A stretch of 63,131 nt of DNA, the filler included. It is 4 parts of 4 records of this genome, joined end to end, with 100 filler letters (N's around TTAATTAATTAA, not from the genome) between each part and the next. Parts side by side here need not be neighbours in the genome. Positions count along the whole stretch, not along the records: positions 35,388 to 57,313 come from SRR31156797_937; 3 more parts are not named here. The stretch is one strand, 5' to 3'. Position 1 is the stretch's first letter, and each line of letters starts with the position of its first letter. Positions 37,637-48,031 of this stretch are shown piece by piece. A program made the position numbers and the translations under genes. The notes beneath the pieces are model-generated. The model ran no database searches. It saw nothing but the letters and a program-made list of their open reading frames with translations, and was not told where the DNA came from.

Positions 37637-38479
37637 TTATATTAATTCTGTCATATAAACATCCCAGTCAGGATGCTTTCTATTTATTTCATCTGCCGCC
37701 GAAGCAGCATTTTCATTATTTTTGAATATCCCGTAAACTGTTGCTCCGCTTCCGCTCATAAGAGAGAAGTCAGCTCCAGCCTCAAGCAGAGCCTGCTTAG
37801 CACCCTTAACAACCGGATAAAGCCCGAAAACAGCCTCTTCCATTCCGTTGAAAAGGATATCGCCATATTCATTATAGTCTGATATGTGGCGCATTCTATT
37901 CACTTCTTCCTGATCAGTCAACTTTAAATTTCCAGAGGCAAAGACCTTACCAGTAGGCACATGCACCCTTGGATTAACTAACAGTAAACTACAATCAGGC
38001 AGATCACCGTACGGAGCAAGAATTTCGCCTCTACCTGTGCCGATCATAGGCTCGCTATACAGGAAGAATGCTGTATCTGAACCAACCCTCGCCATTATCT
38101 CAGTTCGGGTTTTAATAGGCATGTCAAGGTTAAGCAGCTCACATACACCATTGAGATAAACAGCCGCATTACTGCTTCCGCCGCCTAGCCCCCCGCCGTC
38201 AGGAATGTTTTTAATAAGCTCCGTTGTGAAATTCTGTGTAACCCCGTAATCAGCACAAAGTATGCTATGTACTTGATTTATTATGTTGCTGCTGTCAGTT
38301 GGGATATCTGCTTTATCGCAAATTATTTTCTGATTGTCAGATTTGCTTATATTTAATGTATCAAATAGAGAGATTTTTGAGAATAGAGTGAAAAGTTCGT
38401 GAAATCCGTCCGGTCTTTTCCCTAATATATGTAGGAAAAGATTTATCTTACCGTAGCTCTTCAGAGAGAGAGAATTCAT
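37637..38479 (-). CDS. ispE: 4-diphosphocytidyl-2-C-methyl-D-erythritol kinase
   Basis: KINLFL, DGFHEL, KNIPDGGGLGGGSSNAA, GSD, MSGSG. Confidence 0.95.
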   Translation of the reverse strand: MNSLSLKSYGKINLFLHILGKRPDGFHELFTLFSKISLFDTLNISKSDNQKIICDKADIPTDSSNIINQVHSILCADYGVTQNFTTELIKNIPDGGGLGGGSSNAAVYLNGVCELLNLDMPIKTRTEIMARVGSDTAFFLYSEPMIGTGRGEILAPYGDLPDCSLLLVNPRVHVPTGKVFASGNLKLTDQEEVNRMRHISDYNEYGDILFNGMEEAVFGLYPVVKGAKQALLEAGADFSLMSGSGATVYGIFKNNENAASAADEINRKHPDWDVYMTELI

Positions 38480-39072
38480 CGCAGCTTTATCTCCATCTTC
38501 GTTTCGCCGTCGGTATATATCAGTTCCGAAAGTTTCCCTTCGTTATATTCATAAGAGAAGGACTCGCCCGAGCCAAATCTTATTCTTTTTATGAGATAAT
38601 CTTCCCCAGCCGCTAAAGTGACAGAGCCTTTTGATATAATGAACTCATCACCAACAGCACTGGTTTTATATGTTTTATCAACTTTAACATGCGGATACCT
38701 GATCAGAGATATCATGCTGTCCAGACCTTTCGACTTCATAAAATATGCCATCTCAAGTGAGACATCTTCGCCCTTTTTGTTAGCCATAACTTCGCCATCT
38801 TCATAAGTAATATCGTAAGCCACCGTATTAAACAGCCCGAGTATCTTTAATCTGAAATTATCGGCGCAGTCTTTATTGAGATACCCTCTGAAACGAACAT
38901 TCTCTTCGCCCTTTTCATAGATAACGCTCAAACGCCCTTTATACGAGCAGACAGCTTTGTTCGCCGCCGCAACTTTGCCAACTAAATCTTTAGGAACTTC
39001 GAATATTATTCTTTTAGAACAAGCACTCAGGATGAGTATAATTGACACAAGAAGCAGAACTTTAATTTTCAT
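38476..39072 (-). CDS. Hypothetical lipoprotein (LolB-position candidate)
   Basis: Lipoprotein signal ending in LSAC; alternating beta-strand pattern; lies between a TPR gene and ispE. Confidence 0.65.
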   Translation of the reverse strand: MKIKVLLLVSIILILSACSKRIIFEVPKDLVGKVAAANKAVCSYKGRLSVIYEKGEENVRFRGYLNKDCADNFRLKILGLFNTVAYDITYEDGEVMANKKGEDVSLEMAYFMKSKGLDSMISLIRYPHVKVDKTYKTSAVGDEFIISKGSVTLAAGEDYLIKRIRFGSGESFSYEYNEGKLSELIYTDGETKMEIKLR

Positions 39073-40660
39073 TTAAAATCTCTTCGATGGTCTTATTTGA
39101 ACCAAGTCCTTTAAGTATTTCCTTCATATGACGAACAATCTCATCTTCATCAGGAGCACCTTTTAAAGCCTTCACCTGAAACTCATAAGCCTTTTGATAG
39201 TCACCTTTCTGATAGTAAACCCATGCCATACTGTCGAGGTATGCCGCTTCGTGAGGTTTCTTGTCCAGAGCTGCTTTTACAAGCTCTTCCGCTTTATCAA
39301 GATTTATCCCCTGTTCAGCGTATATGAATCCGAGGAAGTTAAGGAGTGACGGATCTTCTGGGAAATATTTCATCCCCTCTTTGATAATATCCTCAGCGCC
39401 CTTTTTATCCCCTTGACGGTCTATAGCAAGTGCTAGGTCAACATAAAGCCTAACCTCTGCCGGATTCAGCTTCACAGCATTAGAGAGGATACTCTCCGCT
39501 GTTTTATACTCTTTCTTGTCGGTGTAAGCCTGAGCTTTCAGCCTGTAGTAATCAACATCCTGATAAACCTCTTCGACACCACCAAGGGCTTCAAGCGCCC
39601 TGTCCGGATCTTTCTGTATCAGGTGCACCACAGCGAGCCTCTTCTTCGCTTCTACAAAGTCAGGGCGTGCCTCAAGGATCTCTTTATACCAGCTTTTCGC
39701 TGTTTCAAACTCCCTAGCCCTCTCTGCGAGGATAGCGAGCGAATATGCAGTTTTAATGTCGTGGTCAATCTCAAAAGCCTGAGCGAAATACTCTTCAGCC
39801 TTATCGAAATCTTTTTTGTCAAAAGCCATCTTTGCGAGGCTTTTAAGTACATAAATCTTCTCACCTTCATTCAGATGAGGAAGTATCACAATGTAATATC
39901 TTTCAGCCTCTTCATTTTTGCCGATTTTAGTTAGCATCTGAGCCATCTTAAATTTAGCCAGTGTCATGCTTGGGCTGGCTTTGATCACTTTTTTAAGATA
40001 AATGATCGCATTTTCAGCGTCACCCTTATCCATATAGTAATCAGACATTCTGGCAGATGCTACAAAGTTGTCGTCAATCTCTGAAGCTTTTATATAGTCA
40101 TTTAGAGAATCTTTCTCGAGCCCAAGTTTTTCCGAAAACCTTGCCCTCTGAACGTAATAATGCGACCTCTCATCCTCTTCGATGAGTAAATCATAAATGT
40201 GGATAGCCCCGTTAAAATCTTTAAGCGCTGCGTGGGCTATCGCCTCTGCCTCAGCGTATCTCGGATCACCGGAAACCTTATATGCCTTCTGATAAAACTC
40301 ATAAGATTTAGTCGCTGTCTTCTCATCCTCACGATAAGCATCACCGAGAGCACCTAAAAGCTCTGGAGAGTCAGGAAACTTACGCACCCCTCTCTCCAGA
40401 GTATATCTAACCATCTCTTTGTCGAAAAGTTTCCTATATACACCAGACAGTTTCAGGTATATATGTTCATCTTCGTGTGTCTCGAGAATAATCTCAAGCA
40501 ACCTCGAAGCCTCTTCAAAATCCTTATCCTGCTCATACAGTGAAGCTTTAAGGTACCACGCATCTGCCTGATGCCTATCCACAAACAGACTGGTGATGCC
40601 AGCGTCAGCGAATACAGATACACTAAAAACTATTAGTAGAGCGGAAAGGAGTTTTTTCAT
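39062..40660 (-). CDS. Secreted tetratricopeptide-repeat protein
   Basis: Signal peptide; repeated TPR helices; C-terminal [12 protein letters not shown]...[11 protein letters not shown] motif. Confidence 0.9.
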   Translation of the reverse strand: MKKLLSALLIVFSVSVFADAGITSLFVDRHQADAWYLKASLYEQDKDFEEASRLLEIILETHEDEHIYLKLSGVYRKLFDKEMVRYTLERGVRKFPDSPELLGALGDAYREDEKTATKSYEFYQKAYKVSGDPRYAEAEAIAHAALKDFNGAIHIYDLLIEEDERSHYYVQRARFSEKLGLEKDSLNDYIKASEIDDNFVASARMSDYYMDKGDAENAIIYLKKVIKASPSMTLAKFKMAQMLTKIGKNEEAERYYIVILPHLNEGEKIYVLKSLAKMAFDKKDFDKAEEYFAQAFEIDHDIKTAYSLAILAERAREFETAKSWYKEILEARPDFVEAKKRLAVVHLIQKDPDRALEALGGVEEVYQDVDYYRLKAQAYTDKKEYKTAESILSNAVKLNPAEVRLYVDLALAIDRQGDKKGAEDIIKEGMKYFPEDPSLLNFLGFIYAEQGINLDKAEELVKAALDKKPHEAAYLDSMAWVYYQKGDYQKAYEFQVKALKGAPDEDEIVRHMKEILKGLGSNKTIEEILNEN

Positions 40661-41994
40661 CCAAAATACCTCTCGATAAATTCTGTTGTTATATCGCCAT
40701 CAGCAAAAGCGTGGTGATCAAGGATTCGCTCGTGAAGAGGTATCGTAGTCTTAATACCATCCACAACAAATTCATCAAGAGCACGCTTCATACGGGCGAT
40801 AGCCATCTCTCTGTTCTTTCCGAAAACTATCAGCTTAGCGATCATACTGTCGTAGAAAGGGAGAACGTAATAGCCGTCATAGCACGCAGAATCAACTCTT
40901 GTACCAAATCCGCCCGGCGTAACATAACCAGTAAGCATACCAGGGCTAGGCATAAATGTAACAGGGTCTTCAGCGTTCACACGGCACTCAATAGCGTGAC
41001 CGTGTATCTGAATGTCTTCCTGTTTCATACCAAGACCTTCGCCGGAAGCGACTCTTAGCTGGAGCTGAACAAGGTCAGTATTAGTAAGCATCTCAGTAAC
41101 CGGATGTTCAACCTGAATACGTGTATTCATCTCCATGAAATAGAAATTTTCATGTTTATCGACAAGGTACTCAATCGTACCTGCATTTTCATAACCGAGT
41201 GACTCAACAGCTTTAACGGAAATCTCGCCCATCTTCTTACGTGTAGCCTCACTAACGGCTGTACTTGGAGCTTCCTCAAGAAGCTTCTGATGACGGCGCT
41301 GAATAGAGCACTCACGCTCGTAAAAGTGAAGTCCGTTGCCTTCACCATCTCCGAAAACCTGAACCTCAACGTGTCTCGGGTCTTCGATGAATTTTTCGAT
41401 GTATATCTCATCCGAGTTAAAAGCGTTCATCGCCTCTGTACGTGCCATCTCGAAAGCGTTCATGAAGCTAAGCTCGTTATGCGCAACACGCATACCTTTA
41501 CCACCGCCGCCTGCTGATGCTTTGATCATTACAGGATAGCCCATCTCATCTGCTATACGGCGTGCATCCTCAGCATCTTTAACTGCACCCTTAGAGCCGG
41601 GCACAACAGGTACACCAAATTTTTCCATAGCCTCTTTTGCACTAGATTTATTGCCCATCATGTCGATGTGCTTAGCGGATGGTCCGATGAACTTAAACCC
41701 GCAGTCTTCACAAATAGATGCAAACTCTGAATTTTCAGCGAGAAAACCGTAACCCGGGTGGATTGCGTCAACATTCGCTATCTCAGCCGCAGAGATAATA
41801 CTGCGAACATTAAGATAACTCTCTTTCGACTGAGCAGGTCCTATACACACAGCCTCATCAGCCATGGCGACGTGCAGAGACTCTCTGTCCACGTCGGAGT
41901 AAACCGCAACAGTCTTTATCCCGAGCTCTTTACAAGCTCTTATGATACGAAGGGCGATCTCACCCCTGTTAGCTATCAATACTTTTTTAAACAT
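40657..41994 (-). CDS. accC: Acetyl-CoA carboxylase biotin carboxylase subunit
   Basis: [57 protein letters not shown]. Confidence 0.97.
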   Translation of the reverse strand: MFKKVLIANRGEIALRIIRACKELGIKTVAVYSDVDRESLHVAMADEAVCIGPAQSKESYLNVRSIISAAEIANVDAIHPGYGFLAENSEFASICEDCGFKFIGPSAKHIDMMGNKSSAKEAMEKFGVPVVPGSKGAVKDAEDARRIADEMGYPVMIKASAGGGGKGMRVAHNELSFMNAFEMARTEAMNAFNSDEIYIEKFIEDPRHVEVQVFGDGEGNGLHFYERECSIQRRHQKLLEEAPSTAVSEATRKKMGEISVKAVESLGYENAGTIEYLVDKHENFYFMEMNTRIQVEHPVTEMLTNTDLVQLQLRVASGEGLGMKQEDIQIHGHAIECRVNAEDPVTFMPSPGMLTGYVTPGGFGTRVDSACYDGYYVLPFYDSMIAKLIVFGKNREMAIARMKRALDEFVVDGIKTTIPLHERILDHHAFADGDITTEFIERYFG

Positions 41995-42070
41995 TTGAAC
42001 CTCTTAAGCAGACTCTTTTAGCAAAAGAAGTTATCTCACCCCTGTTTACTATCAGAATATTTTTTAACAT
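41987..42070 (-). CDS. 27-aa mini-ORF derived from a diverged duplication of the accC 5' end
   Basis: [27 protein letters not shown] versus Acc[22 protein letters not shown]. An AAGGA RBS overlaps the accB stop, and the last codons overlap the accC start. Confidence 0.5.
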   Translation of the reverse strand: MLKNILIVNRGEITSFAKRVCLRGSNV

Positions 42071-42080
42071 TGAAAAATCC

Positions 42081-42560
42081 TTATGCAGGTTCAACGATAA
42101 ATATTGTCTCACCAAACTCAACTGGTACTGCATTCTGCCCAACGATCTTAACGATCTTACAGTCGTATTCAGCCTCGATTTCGTTCATGATCTTCATAGC
42201 TTCAACTATGCAAAGTGTCTGCCCCTTCTTAACAACGTCACCCTCTTTAACAAAAGCGGAAGCTTCCGGTGAAGGAGCGGAGTAGAATGTTCCAACGATA
42301 GGAGATGGGATCTCATTACCGCTTGCAGATGGAGCTGACGCAGTTGCAGCCTCAGCAGTTGCCGCCGGAGCCTCTGCCGGAGCAAGAGCCTGAGCTGGTG
42401 CCGCCGCTGGCGCTGGTGCATAAGCCGGCTGAGCTACGATCTGCGGAGTGTCATCCATTTTAGATACATATATGCTTTCAGCTTCATTTTCATACTGAAA
42501 TTCTTTGATGTCGGATTTTTCGATATACTTGATAAGTTCTTTAATCTCTTTGATATCCAT
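42081..42560 (-). CDS. accB: Biotin carboxyl carrier protein
   Basis: Ala/Pro-rich linker, SPIVGTFY, EAMKIMNEI. Confidence 0.97.
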   Translation of the reverse strand: MDIKEIKELIKYIEKSDIKEFQYENEAESIYVSKMDDTPQIVAQPAYAPAPAAAPAQALAPAEAPAATAEAATASAPSASGNEIPSPIVGTFYSAPSPEASAFVKEGDVVKKGQTLCIVEAMKIMNEIEAEYDCKIVKIVGQNAVPVEFGETIFIVEPA

Positions 42561-42570
42561 AATAAAACTC

Positions 42571-43140
42571 CTATTTTGCTGAGCTTACTCTTTCCATGTA
42601 AGCTTTCTCTCTTGTATCTATTTTAACAACGTCTCCAATGTTAATAAACAGAGGAACGTTGACGTTACCGCCTGTGCTGATAGTAGCTGGCTTATTTCCG
42701 CCGGTAACTGTGTCGCCTTTAAGCCCGGGCTCTGTATATGTAACCTCAAGCTCAACAAAGTTAGGGAGGTCTACGCCGATAGGCTGACCGTTAAATATCT
42801 GAACCTGAACCATAGTATTATCAGGCATAAAATCAGAATCGTCGCCGATTGAATCAGCAGGCATCTCTATCTGCTCATAACTTTCGGTATCCATGAAAAA
42901 GAATGTTGCACCGTCGTTGTAAAGGTACTGCATCTCTTTATCTTCGAAATCAGGCTGCTTGATCTTTTCATCAGATTTGAATGTACGCTCGATAACGGCA
43001 CCAGTACGAAGACTCTTCATCTTTGTACGCACTGTCGCACCACCACGACCGCATTTAATATGGAGATATTCGACAATGCTGTACGGCTCGCCGTCGATCT
43101 CAATTTTTGCTCCTCTTTTAAATTGGTTAGGAGTAATCAT
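42571..43140 (-). CDS. efp: Elongation factor P
   Basis: HIKCGRGGA, PGLKGDT, KPAT, VPLFINIG. Confidence 0.96.
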   Translation of the reverse strand: MITPNQFKRGAKIEIDGEPYSIVEYLHIKCGRGGATVRTKMKSLRTGAVIERTFKSDEKIKQPDFEDKEMQYLYNDGATFFFMDTESYEQIEMPADSIGDDSDFMPDNTMVQVQIFNGQPIGVDLPNFVELEVTYTEPGLKGDTVTGGNKPATISTGGNVNVPLFINIGDVVKIDTREKAYMERVSSAK

Positions 43141-43149
43141 AAAAACACC

Positions 43150-44202
43150 TCATACTTCATATATATATTTATCAAAAACAGCCGTAAGATTCTCACAACC
43201 GTCATTTTCCACTACAATAGTATCCTCAAGGCGGACACCAAACCTGCCCGGCAGGTAAATGCCCGGCTCTATAGTAAGCACCATATTCTTCTCTAAGCTA
43301 GTCTCGTCTCTGGGGCTGAATACAGGTTTTTCGTGTACATCAATGCCTACACCGTGCCCAAGCCCGTGATTAAAGTAATCACCATACCCCTGCGACTCGA
43401 TATATCCCCTTGCGATGGCGTCTATTGCAGAGCATTCCACCCCTGCTTTAACAGCGTCTTTCGCTTTGGAGAGTGCTGTATATACTATATCAGCAACTTT
43501 ATCAACCTCAGAGTCAGCACCGGTTTTAACCAGCCTTGTGACGTCACTGCAATACTCTCGTTTGCAGCCGAAATCTATAACAACAGCGTCACCAGCATCA
43601 ACAAGCTTCTCTGATGCCACACCGTGAGGTAGAGCTCCACGCTCGCCTGAACCGACTATCGTCTCAAACGAAGGCATCTTGGAACCTGCCATCTTCATAT
43701 TCTTTTCAAGCTCAGCCGCCCAGAAAACTTCCTTCACACCAGGCTTAAAACTGTCAAGAGATGCTTCGAAAGCTCTGTTCGCACATACAAACATCTCACG
43801 AAGCTTAATAAGCTCACCGTCATCTTTTACAGCACGGAGCCTGTCTATCATCCCATCGTTATCTATCTGTACACCTTTCAGGTTATCTGAGAGGTATTCA
43901 TAATCCTGCAAGCCGCAATCATAAGTAACTGTTATCTTATCTAAATTCGTAACATAATCCGCCAAAGCTTTTTTATAATCTTTGACAATCTCAATATCTA
44001 TTCCAGAGGCTATTTCATTCTGCGCCTGAGTTTCGTATCTACCGTCAGAGACAAAACGAGCACCATCTAAATCTACGAAAAGATATGCGGTGCTTCCAGT
44101 AAAACCGGTAAGGTAATATATATCAGACAAGGAAGTGACAAAAAGGTTTTCTACCTGAGCCTTTTTCATCACCTCGGCAAGTTTAGTGAGTCTTTGATTC
44201 AA
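43150..44202 (-). CDS. Xaa-Pro aminopeptidase (M24B family)
   Basis: YLTGFTGS, DGRY, ALPHG, IDFG, SDVTR, HGLGHGVG, HE, TIEPGIY, GVRLED. Confidence 0.93.
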   Translation of the reverse strand: MNQRLTKLAEVMKKAQVENLFVTSLSDIYYLTGFTGSTAYLFVDLDGARFVSDGRYETQAQNEIASGIDIEIVKDYKKALADYVTNLDKITVTYDCGLQDYEYLSDNLKGVQIDNDGMIDRLRAVKDDGELIKLREMFVCANRAFEASLDSFKPGVKEVFWAAELEKNMKMAGSKMPSFETIVGSGERGALPHGVASEKLVDAGDAVVIDFGCKREYCSDVTRLVKTGADSEVDKVADIVYTALSKAKDAVKAGVECSAIDAIARGYIESQGYGDYFNHGLGHGVGIDVHEKPVFSPRDETSLEKNMVLTIEPGIYLPGRFGVRLEDTIVVENDGCENLTAVFDKYIYEV

Positions 44203-44204
44203 AA

Positions 44205-44621
44205 TTATTTCTCCAGAAAGTAATCGAGCGCAAAAGCGTACGACTTTGCACCAAAACCAGAGATAACACCCTTAGCAACATCAGAAAGATAAGATTTATG
44301 TCTAAACTCTTCTCTTGCAAAGACATTTGACAGGTGCACTTCTATAAATTCTTTTGAAACTGCGAGCAGAGCATCACGAATAGCCACACTTGTGTGCGTG
44401 TATGCGCCGGCGTTCAGGATTATCCCGTCTGCATCCGTGCGCTGGATCATGCTAACCATATCCCCTTCTAGGTTCGACTGAAAAAACTCGATAACGCACT
44501 TCCCCTCTGCACGGGCGGAAAGCATCTCATTAATGCTCTCAAGTGTCTCTTCACCGTATATACTTTTCTCACGCTTCCCTAACATATTAAGGTTTGGACC
44601 GTTGATGACCAGTATTTTCAC
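44205..44621 (-). CDS. aroQ: Type II 3-dehydroquinate dehydratase
   Basis: [34 protein letters not shown]. Confidence 0.97.
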   Translation of the reverse strand: MKILVINGPNLNMLGKREKSIYGEETLESINEMLSARAEGKCVIEFFQSNLEGDMVSMIQRTDADGIILNAGAYTHTSVAIRDALLAVSKEFIEVHLSNVFAREEFRHKSYLSDVAKGVISGFGAKSYAFALDYFLEK

Positions 44622-44707
44622 AGTATTCTCCTTTTCTCGAAGTGCTTGTTGATTATAACGAATAATTCTTATATATCCAGAGATAAGAGTTAGTTTATTA
44701 AACTTTA

Positions 44708-46420
44708 TCAGCTCCCTGCGTTATTTTTTATAGTTTCCAACAGGTTTTCAAGTCTGTTCACCTGTTCACGTGTTTCAGGAGGGAGGTTTTCAAGTTCATT
44801 TTTCTCTGTTTCCTCTTGTTCAGGAGTCTCTAACAGCTCCTCCATGGAAGCTTCGAAAATTTCCTCTTCAGGCTCTTTTTCCGCTTCTTCCACCTCTTCG
44901 GTTTCAGGTTCGGCAATCTCATCTACTGTCTCTTCTATATTTTCTGCGGTCTCTTCCGCTGTAATTTCTTCTTTTTCTGTTTCAGGTTCATCTTCATCCG
45001 ATGCCGCCTGCGCACCATTAAGCATAGACTCGAGATCGTCAAAGTCACTCACTTCTGCTACCTGCTCAGGCTCTTCAACAGCTTCCTCAGCAGCAATCTC
45101 TTCATCTGCCGAATCTTCACCCAGCATAGCCTTGAGGTCATCATCTAGCTCTGGTTCAGCATCAGAATCTTCGAGCATAGCCATTATCTCGTCGTCAAGC
45201 ACAGATTCCGCACTGCCCGTCTCTTCCTCTTCCGCCTCTGGCTCTTCTCCAAGCATAGCTTTAAGGTCATCGTCTAACTCTGGTTCCATAGGTTCGGCTT
45301 TGCTCTCTTTATTCAGAGCAGCCTGAATGTCGTCGTCAAGCTCGCTATCCTCATCAGCTACTGGCGATTCACCCATCATAGCTTTCAATTCATCATCAAG
45401 TTCTTCGTCAGTCTCCTCTTCCTCCACACCTTCGAAGAGAGAAAGACCAGTATCCTTCTCCTCTGCCTGCTCAGAATTCTCTTCGCCGAACACTTCCTCA
45501 AGAGCAGCGTCCACTTCGTCCGCCACAGGAGACTCGACCTCTATATCAAGCCCGAGGTCGGCACCAAGCTCAGCGGCGAGTGCCTGTACATCATCCTCGC
45601 TAGGAGCCTCACCGTCGCCCTGCATTATCTCATCATCAAGCTTAATAGCTCCGCTCTCATCTGCCACAACATCTGTGTCTGTGTCAGCACTCATATCCAT
45701 TGGTACAATTTCATCGTCGAATGAGGCAACAAGTTCCTCTTCAAGCTCATCAGAGAAATCATCATCTGAATCTTCCTGAAAGCTGTCGAGGGACATATCA
45801 GAGCTCTCTTCCTCCACTCCAACTATAGAATCAACAGTATCGCTGACTTCCTCGTCAGACGCCTGAAGGTTTTCAAGTTCGCCTTCGCCGACTTCAGTTT
45901 TAACCTCTTCAGCAAGCTCTTCACCGAGCTGGGTGAGCATATCGTCGTCAGCATCCATAAGGCTTCCGTCTTCCTCAAGCTCATGAGCTGCGATTCCGTG
46001 TGAAGCCATAAGCTCCTCGACAAGATCACGCAGATCTTTATCCTCAGGTGCAACCATCAGTGCTGTACGATAATTAATTAGTGCTTTTTTGATATCTTCT
46101 TCGTTGCGCAGAATGTCACCGAGAAGTTTTGACGCCAGATAATTACACTTATCCACAACCTGAACTTCGGTCAGGATAGCCTTAGCGTCATCCTTTTTCC
46201 CCTGCCCCATATAGGCAGAAGCGAGAAGTGTTTTAGCTGAAAGCATGTCTGGATTCGCATCTATACCTTCGGCTAAAATCCTCGCCGCATCATCGTAATT
46301 TTCAAGTTTCAGGAATGCTTTACCAAGGGGAACAAAGAGCGCAGAGGATGGATCCTGCTCAAGTTTAGCAGAGAAATATTCGATATCTTTAAGGTAGACG
46401 GATTTATCTAGTTCTTCCAT
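44708..46420 (-). CDS. N-terminal TPR protein with a long, extremely acidic repeat region
   Basis: N-terminal [14 protein letters not shown] block; several hundred D/E-rich residues with repeated ELDD(D/E)(L/I)xAM(L/M); C-terminal [12 protein letters not shown] helix. Confidence 0.85.
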   Translation of the reverse strand: MEELDKSVYLKDIEYFSAKLEQDPSSALFVPLGKAFLKLENYDDAARILAEGIDANPDMLSAKTLLASAYMGQGKKDDAKAILTEVQVVDKCNYLASKLLGDILRNEEDIKKALINYRTALMVAPEDKDLRDLVEELMASHGIAAHELEEDGSLMDADDDMLTQLGEELAEEVKTEVGEGELENLQASDEEVSDTVDSIVGVEEESSDMSLDSFQEDSDDDFSDELEEELVASFDDEIVPMDMSADTDTDVVADESGAIKLDDEIMQGDGEAPSEDDVQALAAELGADLGLDIEVESPVADEVDAALEEVFGEENSEQAEEKDTGLSLFEGVEEEETDEELDDELKAMMGESPVADEDSELDDDIQAALNKESKAEPMEPELDDDLKAMLGEEPEAEEEETGSAESVLDDEIMAMLEDSDAEPELDDDLKAMLGEDSADEEIAAEEAVEEPEQVAEVSDFDDLESMLNGAQAASDEDEPETEKEEITAEETAENIEETVDEIAEPETEEVEEAEKEPEEEIFEASMEELLETPEQEETEKNELENLPPETREQVNRLENLLETIKNNAGS

Positions 46421-46450
46421 TAAACCCCGACCCTTTTAAGCCGTTTGAGG

Positions 46451-47500
46451 TTAAAGATTATTGAAGTAATCTAAAACTGACTGCTGGGGAATGTTTTTTA
46501 GAATTTTACCGGAGCCGATAGATGGTGTCAAGGCTAGGGTCAGTCCTTTTTTGCCTGCCTTCTTATCAGCCATCATCGCCTGGAAGAAAAGTTCTTTATC
46601 TTCTATCTCATATGAAAGGTCAAAACCGTAAAGCTGAAGTATGCGTCCCATAGCCTCAAGTGTCTCTTTTGTCGCCTCGCCGCTCTTAACAGCATAGTCA
46701 GTTTCGAGATACATACCTGTTGCTACAGCGTAACCGTGCTTCACTCCGTGGTGGGAATCTGTCTCAATAGCGTGTGCAAAAGTGTGTCCGAAGTTAAGCA
46801 GTGCTCTGTCACCCTGCTCTTTCTCATCCTTACGCACTACGTCTGCCTTCATCTCGCAACATCGCCTTACAACATAAGCGAGTGTCTCTTTATCACGTGC
46901 AATTACTTTATCCTTCTCATCCTCAAGGAATTTAAAGAATTCAGCGTCAAATATCGCACCGTATTTAATAACCTCTGCGACACCGTTGAGGTATTCCTCA
47001 TCTGTTAGTGTGTCGAGAAAATCCATATCGATATAAACATGATCAGGCTGGGCGAATGCACCAACATTGTTTTTAGCACCACGGAAATTTATACCTGTCT
47101 TACCGCCAACACTGGAATCTACCATAGAGAGAAGTGTCGTAGGCATCTGTACAAATTTTATTCCACGCATATATGTAGCTGCAACAAATCCGCCAACATC
47201 ACCGGTGATACCGCCGCCAACAATAGACATCATAGCGTCACGCTTAGCTCCCTCTCTGAAGAGAAAACCGAGAACAGACACTACTGATTCGTGAGTTTTA
47301 TTATGTTCATCCGCACGAAAGCGGAATGTTCCATCAAAGGAGAAGAAATCCTGGTGCAGGTCAAACACATTTTCATCCACCATAAAAAACGCACCTTCAC
47401 TGCGCAGTTCTTCTATAACATCTTTTGCAAAAGATGAGCCGATGGTAATTTCATACGAGGTATCCACCTCTTTTCTTAAGTTGACCTTTACTATTTCCAT
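46451..47500 (-). CDS. aroB: 3-dehydroquinate synthase
   Basis: GGGITGDVGGF, PTTLLSMVDSSVGGKTG, LNFGHTFAHAIE, HGYAV. Confidence 0.96.
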   Translation of the reverse strand: MEIVKVNLRKEVDTSYEITIGSSFAKDVIEELRSEGAFFMVDENVFDLHQDFFSFDGTFRFRADEHNKTHESVVSVLGFLFREGAKRDAMMSIVGGGITGDVGGFVAATYMRGIKFVQMPTTLLSMVDSSVGGKTGINFRGAKNNVGAFAQPDHVYIDMDFLDTLTDEEYLNGVAEVIKYGAIFDAEFFKFLEDEKDKVIARDKETLAYVVRRCCEMKADVVRKDEKEQGDRALLNFGHTFAHAIETDSHHGVKHGYAVATGMYLETDYAVKSGEATKETLEAMGRILQLYGFDLSYEIEDKELFFQAMMADKKAGKKGLTLALTPSIGSGKILKNIPQQSVLDYFNNL

Positions 47501-47520
47501 GATAAATCTTCAGCCGTAGT

Positions 47521-48030
47521 TTACGCCTCTTTGACTAATTCGAGGATCTGATCGGCTGCCCCTCTTGATGTTATATCGGATGTATCTACGATATGATGAG
47601 CGTTAATATAGAAACTTGCCCTATCAAACAATAATCTCTTTATTTCCTCAAAAGGTTCAGCTACTTGAAGAAGCGGTCTGCAACTGTCATCTTTTTCTAT
47701 TCTTTCAAGGATTGTATGCGCATCAGCGATAAGGGTTATAACAACACCTGTCCTCTTCATCATTTCAAGGTTTCCACGGGTTATAACTATGCCGCCGCCG
47801 GTGGAAACAACAAGGTTTTCCCTCTCTGTTATCTCACTCAAAACCTCAACTTCAAGCTCTCTGAAAGCCTCTTCCGAATCCTCTTCGAAAATATCTTCGA
47901 TGGTTCTGCCTGTTTTATCCACAACCATCTGGTCAGTGTCTACGAACTGTGCTCCGAGCTCTTCGGCAAGGATTTTACCTGTTGAGCTCTTCCCCGTCCC
48001 CATAAATCCTATCAAATATATGTTCTTCAT
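47521..48030 (-). CDS. aroK: Shikimate kinase
   Basis: IGFMGTGKS, DTD, FRELE, STGGG, RPLL. Confidence 0.96.
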   Translation of the reverse strand: MKNIYLIGFMGTGKSSTGKILAEELGAQFVDTDQMVVDKTGRTIEDIFEEDSEEAFRELEVEVLSEITERENLVVSTGGGIVITRGNLEMMKRTGVVITLIADAHTILERIEKDDSCRPLLQVAEPFEEIKRLLFDRASFYINAHHIVDTSDITSRGAADQILELVKEA

Positions 48031-48031
48031 C

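Noticed and set aside
44844-45779. Ser-rich plus-strand ORFs resembling adhesins
   Set aside because: They are the antisense reading of the Glu/Asp codons of the acidic TPR gene.
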